Shown one piece after another: positions 37,185 to 50,508 of a stretch of DNA of 64,000 bases. Source of the DNA: Squalus acanthias (Eukaryota); contig CM059432.1 of the NCBI GenBank assembly GCA_030390025.1, forward strand, positions 142,354,001 to 142,418,000, in the 5' to 3' direction. Numbering within the stretch: position 1 is the first letter of the stretch; the number at the start of each line of letters is the position of its first letter. The notes under the pieces were generated by a model. That model made no database searches and had not been told where the DNA came from. It saw nothing but the letters and a program-made list of their open reading frames with translations. The translations under genes and the position numbers were made by a program.

Positions 37185-40100
37185 AGAACATAAGAACATA
37201 AGAAATAGGAGCAGGAGTAGGCCAATCGGCCCCTCGAGCCTGCTCCGCCATTCAATAAGATCATGGCTGATCTGATCCTAACCGCCAATCTACTATCTAT
37301 CACAGAACCATCTCCTGCATCTAACAGAATTGCACACACGAAATAGGAGCAGAATCAGGCTACACGGTCCCTGGGCCCGCTCCACTACCCACAGGGCCAT
37401 GACCGATCCGAACCTAGACTCATGTCCAAATTCCTGCCCGCTCCCCGTAACCCTTAATGCCCTTTACTTCTAGGAAACTGTCTATTTCTGTTTTAAATTT
37501 AATTAATGTTGTAGCTTCTACAGCTTTTTGTGGCAGCATATTCCATGGACCTACCACCCTCTGAGTGAAGTAGTTCCTCCTCATCTCAGTTTTGAAAGAG
37601 CAGCCCCTTATTCTAAGACTATGTCCCCTAGTTCTAGTCTCACCCGTCATCGGGAACATCCTCCCCGCATCCACCCGATCCAACCCCTTCACAATCTTAT
37701 ATGTTTCAATAAGATCGCCTCTCATTCTTCTGAACTCCAATGAGTAGAGTCCCAATCTACCCAACCTCTCCTCATATGACCACCCCCTCATCCCCGGGAT
37801 TAACCGAGTGAACCTTTTTTGCACTGCCTCGAGAGCAAGGATGTCTTTCCTTAAGTAAGGACACCAAAACTGTATGCAGTATTCCAGGTGCGGTCTCACC
37901 AATACCTTGTACAACTGAAGCAATACCTCCCTATTTTTATATTCTATCCCCCTAGCAATGAAAGCCAACATTCCATTTGCCTTCTTAATCACTTGCTGCA
38001 CCTGCATACTAACCTTTTGAGTTTCGTGCACCAGGACCCCCAGATCCCTTTGCACTTCAGTACTCTCCAGTTTCTTGCCATTAAGATAATAAATTGCTCT
38101 AGGATTTTTCCTGCCAAAGTGCATCACCTCACACTTTCCAGTGTTGTATTCCATCTGTCAAATCTCTGCCCACTTACTTAGCCTGTCTATGTCCCCTTGC
38201 AGGTTTTTTATGTCCTCCTCACTCACTACTTTCCCTCCCATCTTTGTATCATCTGCAAATTTTGATATGTTACACTTGGTCCCTTCCTCCAAATCGTTAA
38301 TATAGATTGTAAAGAGTTGGGGACCCAGCACTGACCCCTGTGGAACACCACTAGTTACTGATTGCCAGTCTGAGAATGAACCATTTATCCCAACTCTTTG
38401 CTTTCTGTTGGATAGCCAATCCTCTATCCATGCCAGAATATTACCCCCAATCCCGTGATTTTTTACCTTAAGCAATAATCTTTTGTGTGGCACCTTGTCA
38501 AATGCCTTTTGGAAGTCTAAATACACTACGTCCACTGGTTCCCCTTTATCCACTCTATATGTTACTTCCTCAAAGAACTCCAGCAAATTTGTCAAACATG
38601 ACTTCCCCTTCGTAAAACCATGCTGACTTTGTCCTATTAAATTATGATTATCCAAATGTCCTGTTACTGTTTCCTTAATAATGGACTCCAAAATTTTACC
38701 TACCACAGATGTTAGGCTAACCGGTCTATAGTTACCAGCCTTCTGTCTACTGCCCTTTTTAAATAAGGGTGTTACATTAGCAGTTTTCCAGTCTGCCGGG
38801 ACCTCAGCGGAATCCAGGGAGTTTTGAAAAATTATTACCAATGCATCTACAATCCCTACCGCCACTTCCTTCAAGACTCTAGGATGTAAGCCATCAGGTC
38901 CAGGTGATTTATCCGCCTTGAGTCCCATTATTTTACCGAGTACCACTTCCTTAGTGATTTTGATCGTGTTTAGCTCCTCTCCCCCTATAGCCCCCTGTTT
39001 GTCCAGTGTTGGGATATTCTTAGTATCCTCTACTGTAAAGACTGATACAAAATATTCATTCAGTGTTTTTGCCATCTCCATATTTCCCACCATTAATTTC
39101 CCGGTCTCATCCTCTAAGGGACCAACATTTACTTTAGCCACCCTTTTTCTTTTTATATAACTATAAAAACTCTTACTATCTGTTTTTATATTTTTTGCTA
39201 ATTTACTTTCATAATCTATCTTCCCTTTCTTAATCAATCTTTTTGTTATTTTTTGCTGCCTTTTAAAGTTTTCCCAATCCTCTGTCCTCCCACTAGATTT
39301 CGCTACCTTATATGCCCTTGTTTTTAGTCGAATACTATCCTTAATTTCTTTACTTAGCCACGGATGACTGTCCTTTCTTTTACACCCTTTTCTTTTCAGT
39401 GGAATATATATTTTTTGGAAGTTGTAAAATAACTCCTTGAATGTACACCACTGATCATGTGTCGTCTTACCCTTTAATCTATTTTCCCAATCCACTCTAC
39501 TCAATTCCGCTCGCATACCTTCATAGTCTCCTTTATTCAAGCTTAGCACGCTTGTTTGAGATCCAACCTTCTCACCCTCTAATTGAATATGGAATTCAAC
39601 CATGTTATGGTCACTCATTCCAAGGGGATCCTTTACTAGGACATTTTTAATTAATCCTGTCTCGTTACACAGGACCAGATCTAAGGTTGCTTGCCCCCTG
39701 GTCGGTTCAGTTACATACTGCTCAAGAAACCCATCCCTAATACACTCAATGAACTCATCCTCAAGGCAGCCCTGCCCCATTTGATTTGTCCAATTAATAT
39801 GATAGTTAAAATCCCCCATAATTATAGATGTTCCCTTATTACATGCCTCAACTATTTCCTGATTGATACTCCGTCCAACAGAGTTGCAACTGTTCGGAGG
39901 CCTATAGACTACGCCCACTAGTGTTTTTTTCCCCTTATTATTCCTTATCTCCACCCAAACTGTTTCATTATCATGATTTTTTGACCCAATATCATTACTC
40001 TGTATTACAGTGATTCCTTCCTTTATTAACATAGCCACCCCACCTCCCCTTCCTTCCTGCCTGTCCTTCCTGATCGTTAAATAACCTGGTATGTTTAATT

Positions 40101-41032
40101 CCCAGGCATTGTCACCCTGCAGCCATGTTTCTGTAATGGCCACAATATCATAACCATATGTAGTTATTTGTGCCATTAACTCGTCTATTTTGTTACGAAT
40201 GCTACGTGCATTCAGATAGAGAACTTTCAAATATGCTTTGTGGCACTTAGTTCCAGCTTTTTCACTTTTTACCACTTTACCTTTTACTCCACACACTCTG
40301 TCCCTTCCTGCCACGCTCTGATTAGTGATTCCCCTACTGCTACCTATGTCTATGACCCTCTCTGTTGTCATTTTTATTTTTTGCTCTCTTGAAACCTCCC
40401 CCCCACTAATTAGTTTAAAGTCCTCTCCACAGCCCTAGTTATTCGATTCGCCAGGACACTAGTCCCAGCACTGGCCAAGTGAAGTCCGTCCCAACGGAAC
40501 AGCTCTCTCCTGCCCCAGTACTGGTGCCAGTGTCCCAAGAAGCAAAACCCATTTTCCCACACCAGTCTTTGAGCCACGCATTCAACTCCCTGATTTTATT
40601 TACCCTAGCCAAATTTGCTCGTGGCTCAGGTAGTAATCCAGAGATTATTACCCTCGAGGTTCTGCTTTTTAATTTGGCCCCTAGCTGCTCAAACTCCCTC
40701 AGCAGAACCTCTTTCCTTGTCCTATCTATGTCATTGGTACCAACATGGACCACGACAACTGGATCCTCCCCCTCCCACTCCAAGTTTCTCTCCAGCCCAG
40801 AGGAGATGTCCTTAACCCTGGCACCGGGCAGGCAACACAGCCTTCGGGACTCTCGCTCTTGGCTGCAAAGAACCCTATCTATCCCCCTAATGATACTATC
40901 CCCTACCACTACAACATTTCTTTTTACTCCCCCCACTTGAATGGCCCCCCTTACCACGGTGCTGTGGCCAGGTTGCTCATCCTCCCTGCAGTCCCCGCTC
41001 CTATCCACACAGGGAGTAAGAGCCTCGAACCT
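37185..41032 (-). mobile_element. Young CR1 LINE, 5'-truncated in ORF1; ORF2 (37420-40371) intact except one in-frame TGA
   Basis: ORFs 38158-40371 and 37420-38154 are in the same frame; endonuclease and RT (FADD) motifs; esterase ORF1 (VVGDSII, HVGTNDI). Confidence 0.95.
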
Positions 41033-42755
41033 GTCTGCGTGACAATTCTGGCTGTTTGCCATGACATCAATTGATATTTCCATGGCAAGGGTCAGTGCTA
41101 ATGGCAAAAAAACCTGCTGACGCCTTGATATGGAAAACTGGGCTGTTTTATTCGGAATTCCTTGACGTTCTTGTGTCTGAACTTTTTTGTAGTGTGCCGG
41201 TAATGTCTGAAATGCACAGATCTCGGCGCTCCTCCAATTCTGGCCTCTTGCGCATCCCCGATTTTAATCGCTCCACTATTGGCGGCCGTGCCTTCAGCTA
41301 CCGAGGCCTTAAGCTCTGGAATTCCCTCCCGAAACCTCTCCGCCTCTCTCCCCTCCTTTAAGATGCTCCTTAAAACCTACCTCTATTGACCAAGCTTTTG
41401 GCCATCTGCTCTAATATCTCCTTATGTGGCTCGGTGTCAAATTTTGATTGATAATCGCTCCTGTGAAGCACCTTGGGATGTTTTACTACGTTAAAGGCGC
41501 TATATATAAATGCAAGTTGTTGTTGTTGAGTCAACCATTTGAGGGAACGTTTCCCGGCAGTCGGGTAACGGGGGCTGGGTGGTGGGTGGTGGTGGGGGGG
41601 CGATCAGGGGAAGGACGCGAATCCCGAGGTCTCCTTGTTGAAGCCAAGACTCCTGCTCATCCTGGCCCCCCACACAAGGAAACCTAAAAATGTTTATAAA
41701 AACATACCAGCCTGGGTCTCTTCTGGCCCATGGATCCCTTCCCGACAGGTCTGGGCTGGGGGGTGGGATGGGGGGTGAGTGGTTGTCACTGCTCCTCCCC
41801 CAGCTTGAGCCTCGGACTAAAATAACAGATCGGGTCCCGATGACATCTGCATACTTCAAGAAGGACCTCACTGCCTCGATGTGGGTGTCCCGCTCGCCCG
41901 CTCCAGCAGGTTAAGATCGGGACCTGGCAGCGGGATCAGAGGGGGTAAGTGACTGACCTAATTTTAACTGCAGCCCCCACCACCCCCCCCACACTACCCC
42001 GTCCTCCTACCCCACCCCCCACCAGGCAGAGGGGGAGTTAAGATCGGGGTCTGGGAGAATGAAGTGGAAAGTGTTCGATTCCCCAGCACTGACATCCATC
42101 ACCCTGATACTAACAAGCTGAGTCTCTGGGTGCTTTTATTGTTTTCTAAGTAGCCGTCAACATTGAGTGATGGGTTTAGCTCGGGTCTGAAGCCAACTTC
42201 TCGAGGTAAATGACCTGTGTGAAAAGTCGCTGTACAAATACATCAATGGGGCATCAATGCTAAAATCCCATTGGGACATTTTGAGGAATGATATGGTCTT
42301 AGGCCTCCCTAGTTTAACCTCTTTCACTTTTCACAGTGAAACATTTCAATAAAGTGACGATTTATTACAGAAAGACGTTTTTGAATTATAAAGACAAATA
42401 CTCGTGGGGGATTCCTAATATCAGTCTAGATAGAGATTTACACCCAGTCTACAGCGCAGAAAGAGGCCATTCAGCCCAGCAGGTCCATGCTGGCATTTAT
42501 GCTCCACTCGAGCCTCCTGCTACTCCTCTTCATCTCACCCTATCAACATATCCTTCTATTCCTTTCTCCCTCGTGTGTTTATCTAGCTTCCCCTTAGATG
42601 CACCTATGCTATTTGCCTCAAAAACATTGCTGTCCCATTTAGACATGCTTAAATGCCGATGGTTGGTTGGGATTGAGCTGGTAGCTATCTCTGCACAATC
42701 CGACTGAAACATTCGCCCACCTCTCGCTCTCACTGCTCAATCGGTTTCTCCACAG

Positions 42756-42857
42756 GTGTACTGTAACATGGAGACGGCAGGAGGCGGTTGGATGGTCATA
42801 CAGCACAGAAAAGACGGCAGTGTGGATTTTCACAGAACCTGGAAAGAATATAAAATG
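42756..42857 (+). CDS. Angiopoietin-family gene, exon 6 equivalent (fibrinogen domain)
   Basis: cacag|GTG...ATG|gtaagt; 102 nt; [34 protein letters not shown]. Confidence 0.96.
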
Positions 42858-43892
42858 GTAAGTGAGACGTTTGAGTCAATGTACTTGGTGCGGAGGGAGG
42901 AAAGGAAGGAGGGAGGGAGTGAACAAGTAAAACCCGAGCTTCGATGAGCGAAAATGAATCTACCGCATCAACTGAAACTTTAAATTAAAAGTCTCGTTTT
43001 AGAGGAGTGTCAATGTTTAACCGCAGATAAATCTTTATTTAGGAACATAGGAACAGGAGGAGACCATTCAGCCCCTCGAGCCTGTTCCATCATTCAATTA
43101 GATCATGGCTGATCTGTATCTTAACTCCATTTACCTTGGTTCCTTAACCCTTAATTGCCGGCCGTGCCTTCAGCCGCCTGGGCCCTAAAGCTCTGGAATT
43201 CCCTCCATAAACCTCTCCGCCTCTCCACCTCTCTCCTCCTCCTTTAAGACGCTCCTTAAAACTTACCTCTTTGACCAAGCTTTTGGTCACTTGTCCCAAT
43301 ATCTCCTTATGGGGCTCGGTGTCAAGTTTTGTTTGATAATCGCTCCTGTGAAGCGCCTTGCGGCGTTTTACTACATTAAAGGTGCTATATAAATGCAAGT
43401 TGTTGATGTTGTTGTTGTTGTTGAGAGAGTTCCAGAATTCCACTACCCTCTGTGTGAAGAAGTGCTTCCTGACATCACCCCTGAACGGCCTGGCTCTAAT
43501 TCTAAGTTTATGCTTCCCTTGTTCAGGTCTCCCCCCACCATAGGAAATAGTTTCTCTCTATTTACCCTATAAACTCCTTTAATCATCTTAAAAAACCTTC
43601 AACTAGACCCTCCCTTAATTTTCTATACACAAGGGAATACAAGCCTAGTCTAAGTAACCTGTCCTCATAATTTAACACTTTAAGCCCCAGTACCAATCAG
43701 GTGAATCTGCGCTGCACCCATTCCAAGGCCAATATATCCTTCCTGAGGTTCGGTGCCCAGAACTGAACGCAGTTACTCCAGGTTGGGGTCTAACCAGAGC
43801 TTTATACAATTGTAGTATAACTTGCACCCCTTTGTATTCCAGTCCTCAATTGACCCCCAGCTTCCATAGCTTTTTGGGGGAGAGAATTTCAG

Positions 43893-44453
43893 GGGGGAAA
43901 AATTTGGTTGCTTTGCGCCTCCCGTTAGCGCCCTCTTAGGCGCAAAGCAACTAGCGCCTGGGGGCGGCGCGAGGTTAGTGGCGGCGGTAACCGTTAGCGC
44001 CCCGCGGCGCTGCCCCGCCGGCGATGATGTCATCACCATGCGCAGCGCCCCGCTCGCGCCCCGGCCACGATCTTCGGTAGCACCCTCTGACTTACCGCTG
44101 GACGCTGTGTCCGACGGGGTCAGGGGGGCCTACCTGACCCCCCCCCCCGCAGAGTGCCGGCTACGCTCCGTGAGCCCGGCACTTTTCTTGAGTGCCGGGC
44201 TCTTTTGCCGGCACTCCGATCCCCGGTGGCCCATCTGGGCCCCGGGTCGCGCTGCGCAAGGCCCCTCCCCTTTAAGATATTCCCCCGCAGTGCCCTAAGG
44301 GGGAGGCGGAGCACTTCCAGTAGCGCCCCGCTTCCCTCTTGGGGGCGCTACCACTCAATTTCGGCCGCGGGGAGTGCTAATTTTTCCGGGGCGCTAAAAA
44401 TAATGCCCCGGCGAAGTTAGCGCCCCAAATGGGGCGCGACTCAATTTTTCCCC
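43893..44453. mobile_element. GC-rich PIF/Harbinger-type MITE (inverted relative of 2318-3090), inserted in a CR1 fragment
   Basis: TIR GGGGGAAAAATT / AATTTTTCCCC; probable TSD CAG; shared internal sequence. Confidence 0.8.
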
Positions 44454-45205
44454 CAGGTGTCTACTACCCTTGTGGGATGAGGAGGAGGGAGTTTTGGAGT
44501 TGGACACTACTTGGCCAGTCTGCTCAGCCTAGCAATAGACGGCACCGCACTGCGAATAAAGGGTTAAAACAGAAACAAACCTTCGAGTTCAATGAAAAGC
44601 AGCCACCACGTTCCATCTGAAGGGTTACACTGGGACTGAGCATAATCCCAGTCAAAACTCTTCCAAAATTCCCCGGCCACTGCTCGATATCCAGTTGCAA
44701 TTGCCGCACTCTAGATGAGGGAAATAAAATTAAATTATATCACGGAATGCCGTGCCTAAGTCTCAGGCTTTCTGGTAATCCTATAAAGTATTTGGAATAT
44801 TTAACCCCAAATGCTCAACAGATTATTTTTTTTATCTCTGACTCTCAAAAGAATCAAAATACTATTTTGTTGGATTTTTGTTTTACCCGTACCCATCTGT
44901 GGGATTGGGCAAATGGTGGCAAAGGCCAGGAGGGTGCGCGAGTACTGTGCCGCCCGCAATGCAGCCTGATTTTCACTCCATTGATCTCACTCTCTTATAG
45001 TGGAGAGTGTCTTTGGCTCAGAGATCGTCATTCTCCCTCGATTCAGGAGGTGAAAGTTTGAACCCCGCTCCAGACAGCCCCGGCCAGTGCAGACCAGAGC
45101 CCTGGCTCGGAATTGCGGGTTGGCACCCCAGCAGGATCCTCTCGTCCGGTGGGTGTGGGTGACCCCCCCCTCATCGTATGTGGAAGCCCATAAAACCCCC
45201 CCGCC

Positions 45206-45562
45206 ATAGAGTCATCGAGTTATACAGCACGGAAAGAGGCCCTTCGGCCCATCGTGTCCGCGCCGGCCATCAAGCCCTGTCTATTCTAATCCCATTTTCC
45301 AGCACTTGGTCCGTAGCCTTGTATGCTATGGCGTTTCAAGTGCTCATCTAAATGCTTCTTGAATGTTGTGAGGGTTCCTGCCTCTCCCACCCTTTCAGGC
45401 AGTGAGTTCCAGATTCCAACCACCCTCTGGGTGAAAAAGTTTTTCCTCAAATCCCCTCTAAACCTCCTGCCCCTTACCTTGAAACTATGCCCCCTGGTTA
45501 TTGACCCCTCTACTAAGGGGAAAAGTTGCTTTCTATCTACCCTATCTGTGCCCCTCATAATT
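45206..45562 (-). mobile_element. CR1 LINE 3' fragment
   Basis: RGHSFKVRGRRFRGDLRKNFFTQRVV motif; similar fragments at 43040-43890(-), 46427-46860(-) and 48565-48968(+). Confidence 0.8.
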
Positions 45563-47301
45563 AGCCATGTAGGACTAATTCCCCGATCAGCTGGCACAAA
45601 GATGGTTACGGTTCATGTAAGGAGTGTCAGACTGTTAATCAGCCCGCGAATCCTCCCACTACTTCACACATCAAGGGAAGAAAGTGAAGATACAAAGACA
45701 ACAACAACCCCAGTATAACACACTCTCGTGCTGTTTACCGGCACGTTTCTGGCTGAATAAGTTGTCTGTTGGGCAGCGTGCAAGATTGGAGCGCTGAGGT
45801 TAGATTTTTCACATGCTATGTAAATGCCACAGGAAGGTCTGCCACCAGCCGTACATAAACAAGGACCCTCAGAGTTTGACTGCAGGTGAAACTAGACAAG
45901 GAAGAACAAGATCATTCCCAAAGACTTCCTCGAAATGCAATTGAGCAATATCACCGTGGCTGCAGTCTGCGTTACTTGATACCCTCGTCCATTTTAATGA
46001 TTGCACCATGGAGACTCGCCTTAATGTATATCTAAATTGCTTGCTTTATTTGGGTCAATGTTCATAATGTAAAATCTTGGCAACTTTATTCATTAAACAC
46101 ACAGGAAGGGAAATGATAGGTAATTTCAGAAAATGATATATTTGTTGTTTTAGTTTACAAGATTGGCAAACTTTCTTCAATGCTATTGTTGGGAGGTTGA
46201 GCATGCACTGAAACAAGTTGTTAATACTCTGCTCTCTTTAAACAGAATCTCACAGTGTTTCTTCACTTCACTTCAGATTTTCAAATATATTAAGCATTGA
46301 TCTATGGGACATTGCTAAGTCTTCTAGTCTTCTTCTCAACAAATGAAGAAATGAGACAACCCATTTCTTCATCTCCTTCCACACCCAGAGACTGTGTTCT
46401 GGGTTGTTTCTACAACAAAGTCGTCCCATAGGAACATAGGAAACATATAGAAACAGGAGGAGGCCATTTAGCCCCCTCAAGCCTGTTCTGCCGTTCAATT
46501 AGATCATGGCTGATCTGTATCTTAACTCCATTTACCAGCCTTGGTTCCATAACCCTTAATACCCTTGCCTAACAAAAATCTATTCCAGTTTTGAACTTTT
46601 CAATTGACCCCCGAGCCGCAACAGCATTTTGAGGGAGAGAGTTCCAGATTTCCACTACCCTTTATGTGAAGAAGTGCTTCCAGACATCACCCCTGAACGG
46701 CCTGGCTCTAATTTTAAGGTTATACCCCCTTGTTCTGGACTCCCCCACTGGAGGAAATAGTTTCTCTCTATCTACCCTATCAAATCCTTTAATCATCTTA
46801 AATACCTCAATTAGATCGCTCACTAATCTTCTATACTGGAGGGAATACTCTATTCAACCTGTCCCTTTTAACATGGACCGGACGTTAGCCTGACACACAC
46901 CCCTCACCTGGCGAACCGGCTAGATGTGATGTGGGGAGGAGGTCACTACTCCACTCCCATCAGATGCGACTTCCCTGCTGGATGTCAGAGTACGGAGCTC
47001 TGGTCTCCGCTTGCTGGGATTGTCTGGAGTGCGGCTCGAACCCATAACCTTCCAGCTCAGAGGCAAGAATGCTCATTGAGGGAGGGAGGGGAAAGCCTGA
47101 GGCCGGGTGGGGGTTGGTGGGAGGTTTCCTTGTCCAATTCCACAGAAGCACTTCTGCTCCTCCTGGCCCACAAGGGAACCCAAAGAAAAATGAAAATACT
47201 CTTCTGGTCCCGGCTCATCTTCCCGACTTGGTCGGGGCATTGGCTGGGAAGCAACGACCAATTCCCCCCTCGCAGGCCTCAGGTTGAGATTGCAGTCGGG
47301 C

Positions 47302-47636
47302 CCCGATGAGGTCACGGGGCTCCGATGATGTCACGTGGCTCCGATGATGTCATGGGGCCCCGATTACGTCATGAGACCCCGATGATGTCATGGCGCTCCG
47401 ATGATGATATGGGGCTCCGATGATGTCACGTGGCTCCGATGATGTCATGGGGCCCCAATTACATCATGAGACCCCGATGATGTCATGGGGCCCCAATTAC
47501 GTCATGAGACCCCGATGATGACGTGGGGCTCCGATGATGATATGGGGCTCCGATGATGTCATGGGGCTCCGATGATGTCATGGGGCCCCAATGACGCCAT
47601 GAGGCCCGATGATGTCATGGGGCCCGGATGATGTCA
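47302..47636. repeat. 19-bp minisatellite, ~17 copies
   Basis: Unit CCGATGATGTCATGGGGC(T/C). Confidence 0.9.
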
Positions 47637-49231
47637 CCTTGCATATTTAAAGAAGGACCCCACTGCCTTCCTGCGGGTGTCCCTCATGTCTGCTCAAAAG
47701 AGCGGGTGATATCGGGACCTGCGAGAAGGCAGTGGGATCGGACCGAGGTATGTCGCACCAGGCTCTTTGACTGCCAGCCCGCCCGGTTTGTGCCGGGAGG
47801 TGTGGAGGGGGTAAAGTTCCCCACCCCCCGGAGTGTCACTATTTACTCCTACTTTTAAAAGTTCTGTGGTCCCCTTTCTTGTGCAGTTTGTGCTCATCAA
47901 GCTTACCCTGTACAGCTTGACACAGTCAAAAACCAGAAACTGTTCCAAGTTGGCAATTTACAGCAAACCGACTTATGTTGTGTTGAACTCTGCAAGTAAA
48001 AAAAGAAATAAACACTGAGAAATATATTTAACCAAAGTTGTATTTTTACAGTTACTCTGGTTAGTAAAAAGCTGCTTCCTGAAGGAATGTCCTTGTTCGG
48101 ATCTATTTATTCTAATTAGCTCCCATATGCTGCGCTGTTATTCTCCCACACCACTGTGGTTAACCTTTATGAATTGAGTTTGATGCTGTTATTATATTGC
48201 TTTGGCAATCATATTTGTTTACTTTTTCCCTCAGCTTTGCATCAGAACTCTCTGTGCCTCCATCTCTGGCCTCTTGTGCATCCCCCTCCTCCTTTCTGCC
48301 CACCATTGGCGGCCGTGCCTTCAGCTGTCTAGGCCCCACACTCTGGAATTCCCTCTCTTGCCCTCTTCTCCTCTCCACCTCTCTCTTCTCCTTTCAGACT
48401 CTCCTTAAAACACTCCTCTCTGACCAAGTCTTTCGTCACCCCTCCTAATATCTCTTCTTTGGCTTGGCGTCCATCCTTTGTCTGGTAATCTTTTTGTGAA
48501 GTGCCTGGGGTTGTTTTTCTACCTTAAAGATGCTATGTAAATGCAAGATGTTGTTACTTTACAACATACTGGGATTGTTCTCCGTAGAGAAGGTTAAGAG
48601 GAGATTTCATCGAGGTATTCAAAATGATGAGGGGTTTTGATAGAGTAGATAAGGAGAAACTGTTACCATTGGCAGGAGGGCCGGTAACCACAGGACACAG
48701 ATTTAAGATAATTGGCAAAAGAACCAGAGGGGAGATGAAGAAAATTATTTTTACTCAGCGAGTTGTTATGATCTGGAATGCACTGCCTGAAAGGGCGGGG
48801 GAAGCAGATTCAATCTAACTTTCAAAAGGGAATTGGATAAATACTTGAAAAGGAGAAATTTGCAGGGCTATGGGGAAAGAGCAGGGGGGAGTGGGACTAA
48901 TTGGTAGCTCTTTCTGGCACAGGCACAATGGGCTGAATGACCTCCTTCAGTTCTGTATGATTTCATGATGCTGTACTTGATGGGCAGATTTTAGTTGCTA
49001 AAAAGTACTCAACGAACAACTAATTAAGTAGGAAATGTTGTAATTTCACACCAGTCCAGCCACTATCCAAAGGAGAAAAGCCAAGTTGGCATTTTGGAGA
49101 GAATCCCACATTGGAACGCAATTCCAACATTTCTTTTTCTTCGTTTCAGATTTCTAGTATTCAGTTTTCCTTTTTGTAGAATCACACGAATAGCTTGTTC
49201 AGAGTCTGAACTACTGTCCACTGCCAACATG

Positions 49232-50132
49232 TTTTTTATATTCGTTCATGGGATGTGGGCATCGCTGGTAAGGCCAGCATTTATTGCCCATCCCTAATTG
49301 CCCTCGAGAAGGTGGTGGTGAGCCGCCTTCTTGAACCGCTGCAGTCCGTGTGGTGAAGGTGCTCCCACAGTGCTGTTAGGGAGGGAGTTCCAGGATTTTG
49401 ACCCAGCGACAATGAAGGAACAGCCGATATACTTCCAAATCAGGATGGTGTGTGACCTGGAGGTTGAACTTGGAGGTGATGGTGTTCCCATGCGCCTGCT
49501 GCCCTTGTCCTTCTAGGTGGAAGAGATCACGGGTTTGGGAGGTGCTGCCGAAGAAGCCTTGGCGAGTTGCTGCAGTGCATCTTGTAGATGGTACACACTG
49601 CAGCCACGGTACGCCAGTGATTCTGTGAGTATGACTATGTCAGGCTGTTGCTTGACTAGTCTGTGGGACAGCTCTCCCAATTTTGGCACAAGTCCCCAAG
49701 ATGTTGGTGAGGAGGACTTTGCAGGGTCGACTGGGCTGGGTGTGCCATTGTCATGTCCGTAGCCAAGTGGTCTGTCCGGTTTTATTCTTATTGTTTTATC
49801 GTAGCGGTTTTTTACAACTGAGTGGCTTGCTAGGCCATTTCAGAGGGCAGTTAAGAGTCAACCACATTGCTGTGGGTCTGGAGTCACGTATAGGCCAGAC
49901 CAGGTAAGGACAGCAGATTTATTTCCCTAAAGGACATTAGTGAACCAGATGGGTTTTTACAACAATCCGATAGTTTCATGGTCACCATTACTGATACCAG
50001 CTTTTTATTCCAGATTTATTTAATTAACTGAATTTAAATTCCCCAGCTGCCGTGGTGGGATTTGATCTCACATCTCTGGATTATTAGTCCAGGCCTCTGG
50101 TGCAGTAACATAACCACTATGCTACCGTTCCC
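49232..50132 (-). mobile_element. tRNA-headed, internally deleted LINE derivative (bipartite non-autonomous element)
   Basis: Minus strand: A box TAGCATAGTGG, B-box-like GAGATCAAATCCC, then endonuclease N-terminus KVLLTNI/WGLVPKLGELSHRLVKQQPDIVILTES fused at ~49617 to the RT C-terminus and tail of the 35622-36410 family. Confidence 0.7.
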
Positions 50133-50341
50133 TATGTAACAAGAAACAGCCAAATCCACAGCCCTTGTTTCTAAAACAGTTAGAGGAGACTTCCCCTCTG
50201 CTACGTCTCGCAAAATCGTTAACGTATTTGCAAAGGATACATATGTATGTTTTTAGCTGTACACTGCACTTAGAGTAAAGCACCTCCCCCCGAATGTTTG
50301 AAATCGTGTACACTAATTATTTGCTATCTGCTGTCCTCTAG

Positions 50342-50508
50342 GGTTTTGGGAATCCATCTGGAGAATACTGGCTCGGCAATGAGATGATCTCCCTTCAGAC
50401 AAACCAGCGGCAGCACTCTCTGAGAATTGAGCTGAGAGACTGGGAGGGAAACCAAGCATATTCCTTCTATGAGAAGATTCAGGTGGCGAGTGAAAAGCAA
50501 AACTACAG
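50342..50508 (+). CDS. Angiopoietin-family gene, exon 7 equivalent (fibrinogen domain)
   Basis: Branch-like CTAAT at ~50313, ctctag|GGT...TACAG|gtaggg; 167 nt; GFGNPSGEYWLGNEMISLQTNQRQHSLRIELRDWEGNQAYSFYEKIQVASEKQNY(R). Not in the ORF track. Confidence 0.96.
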
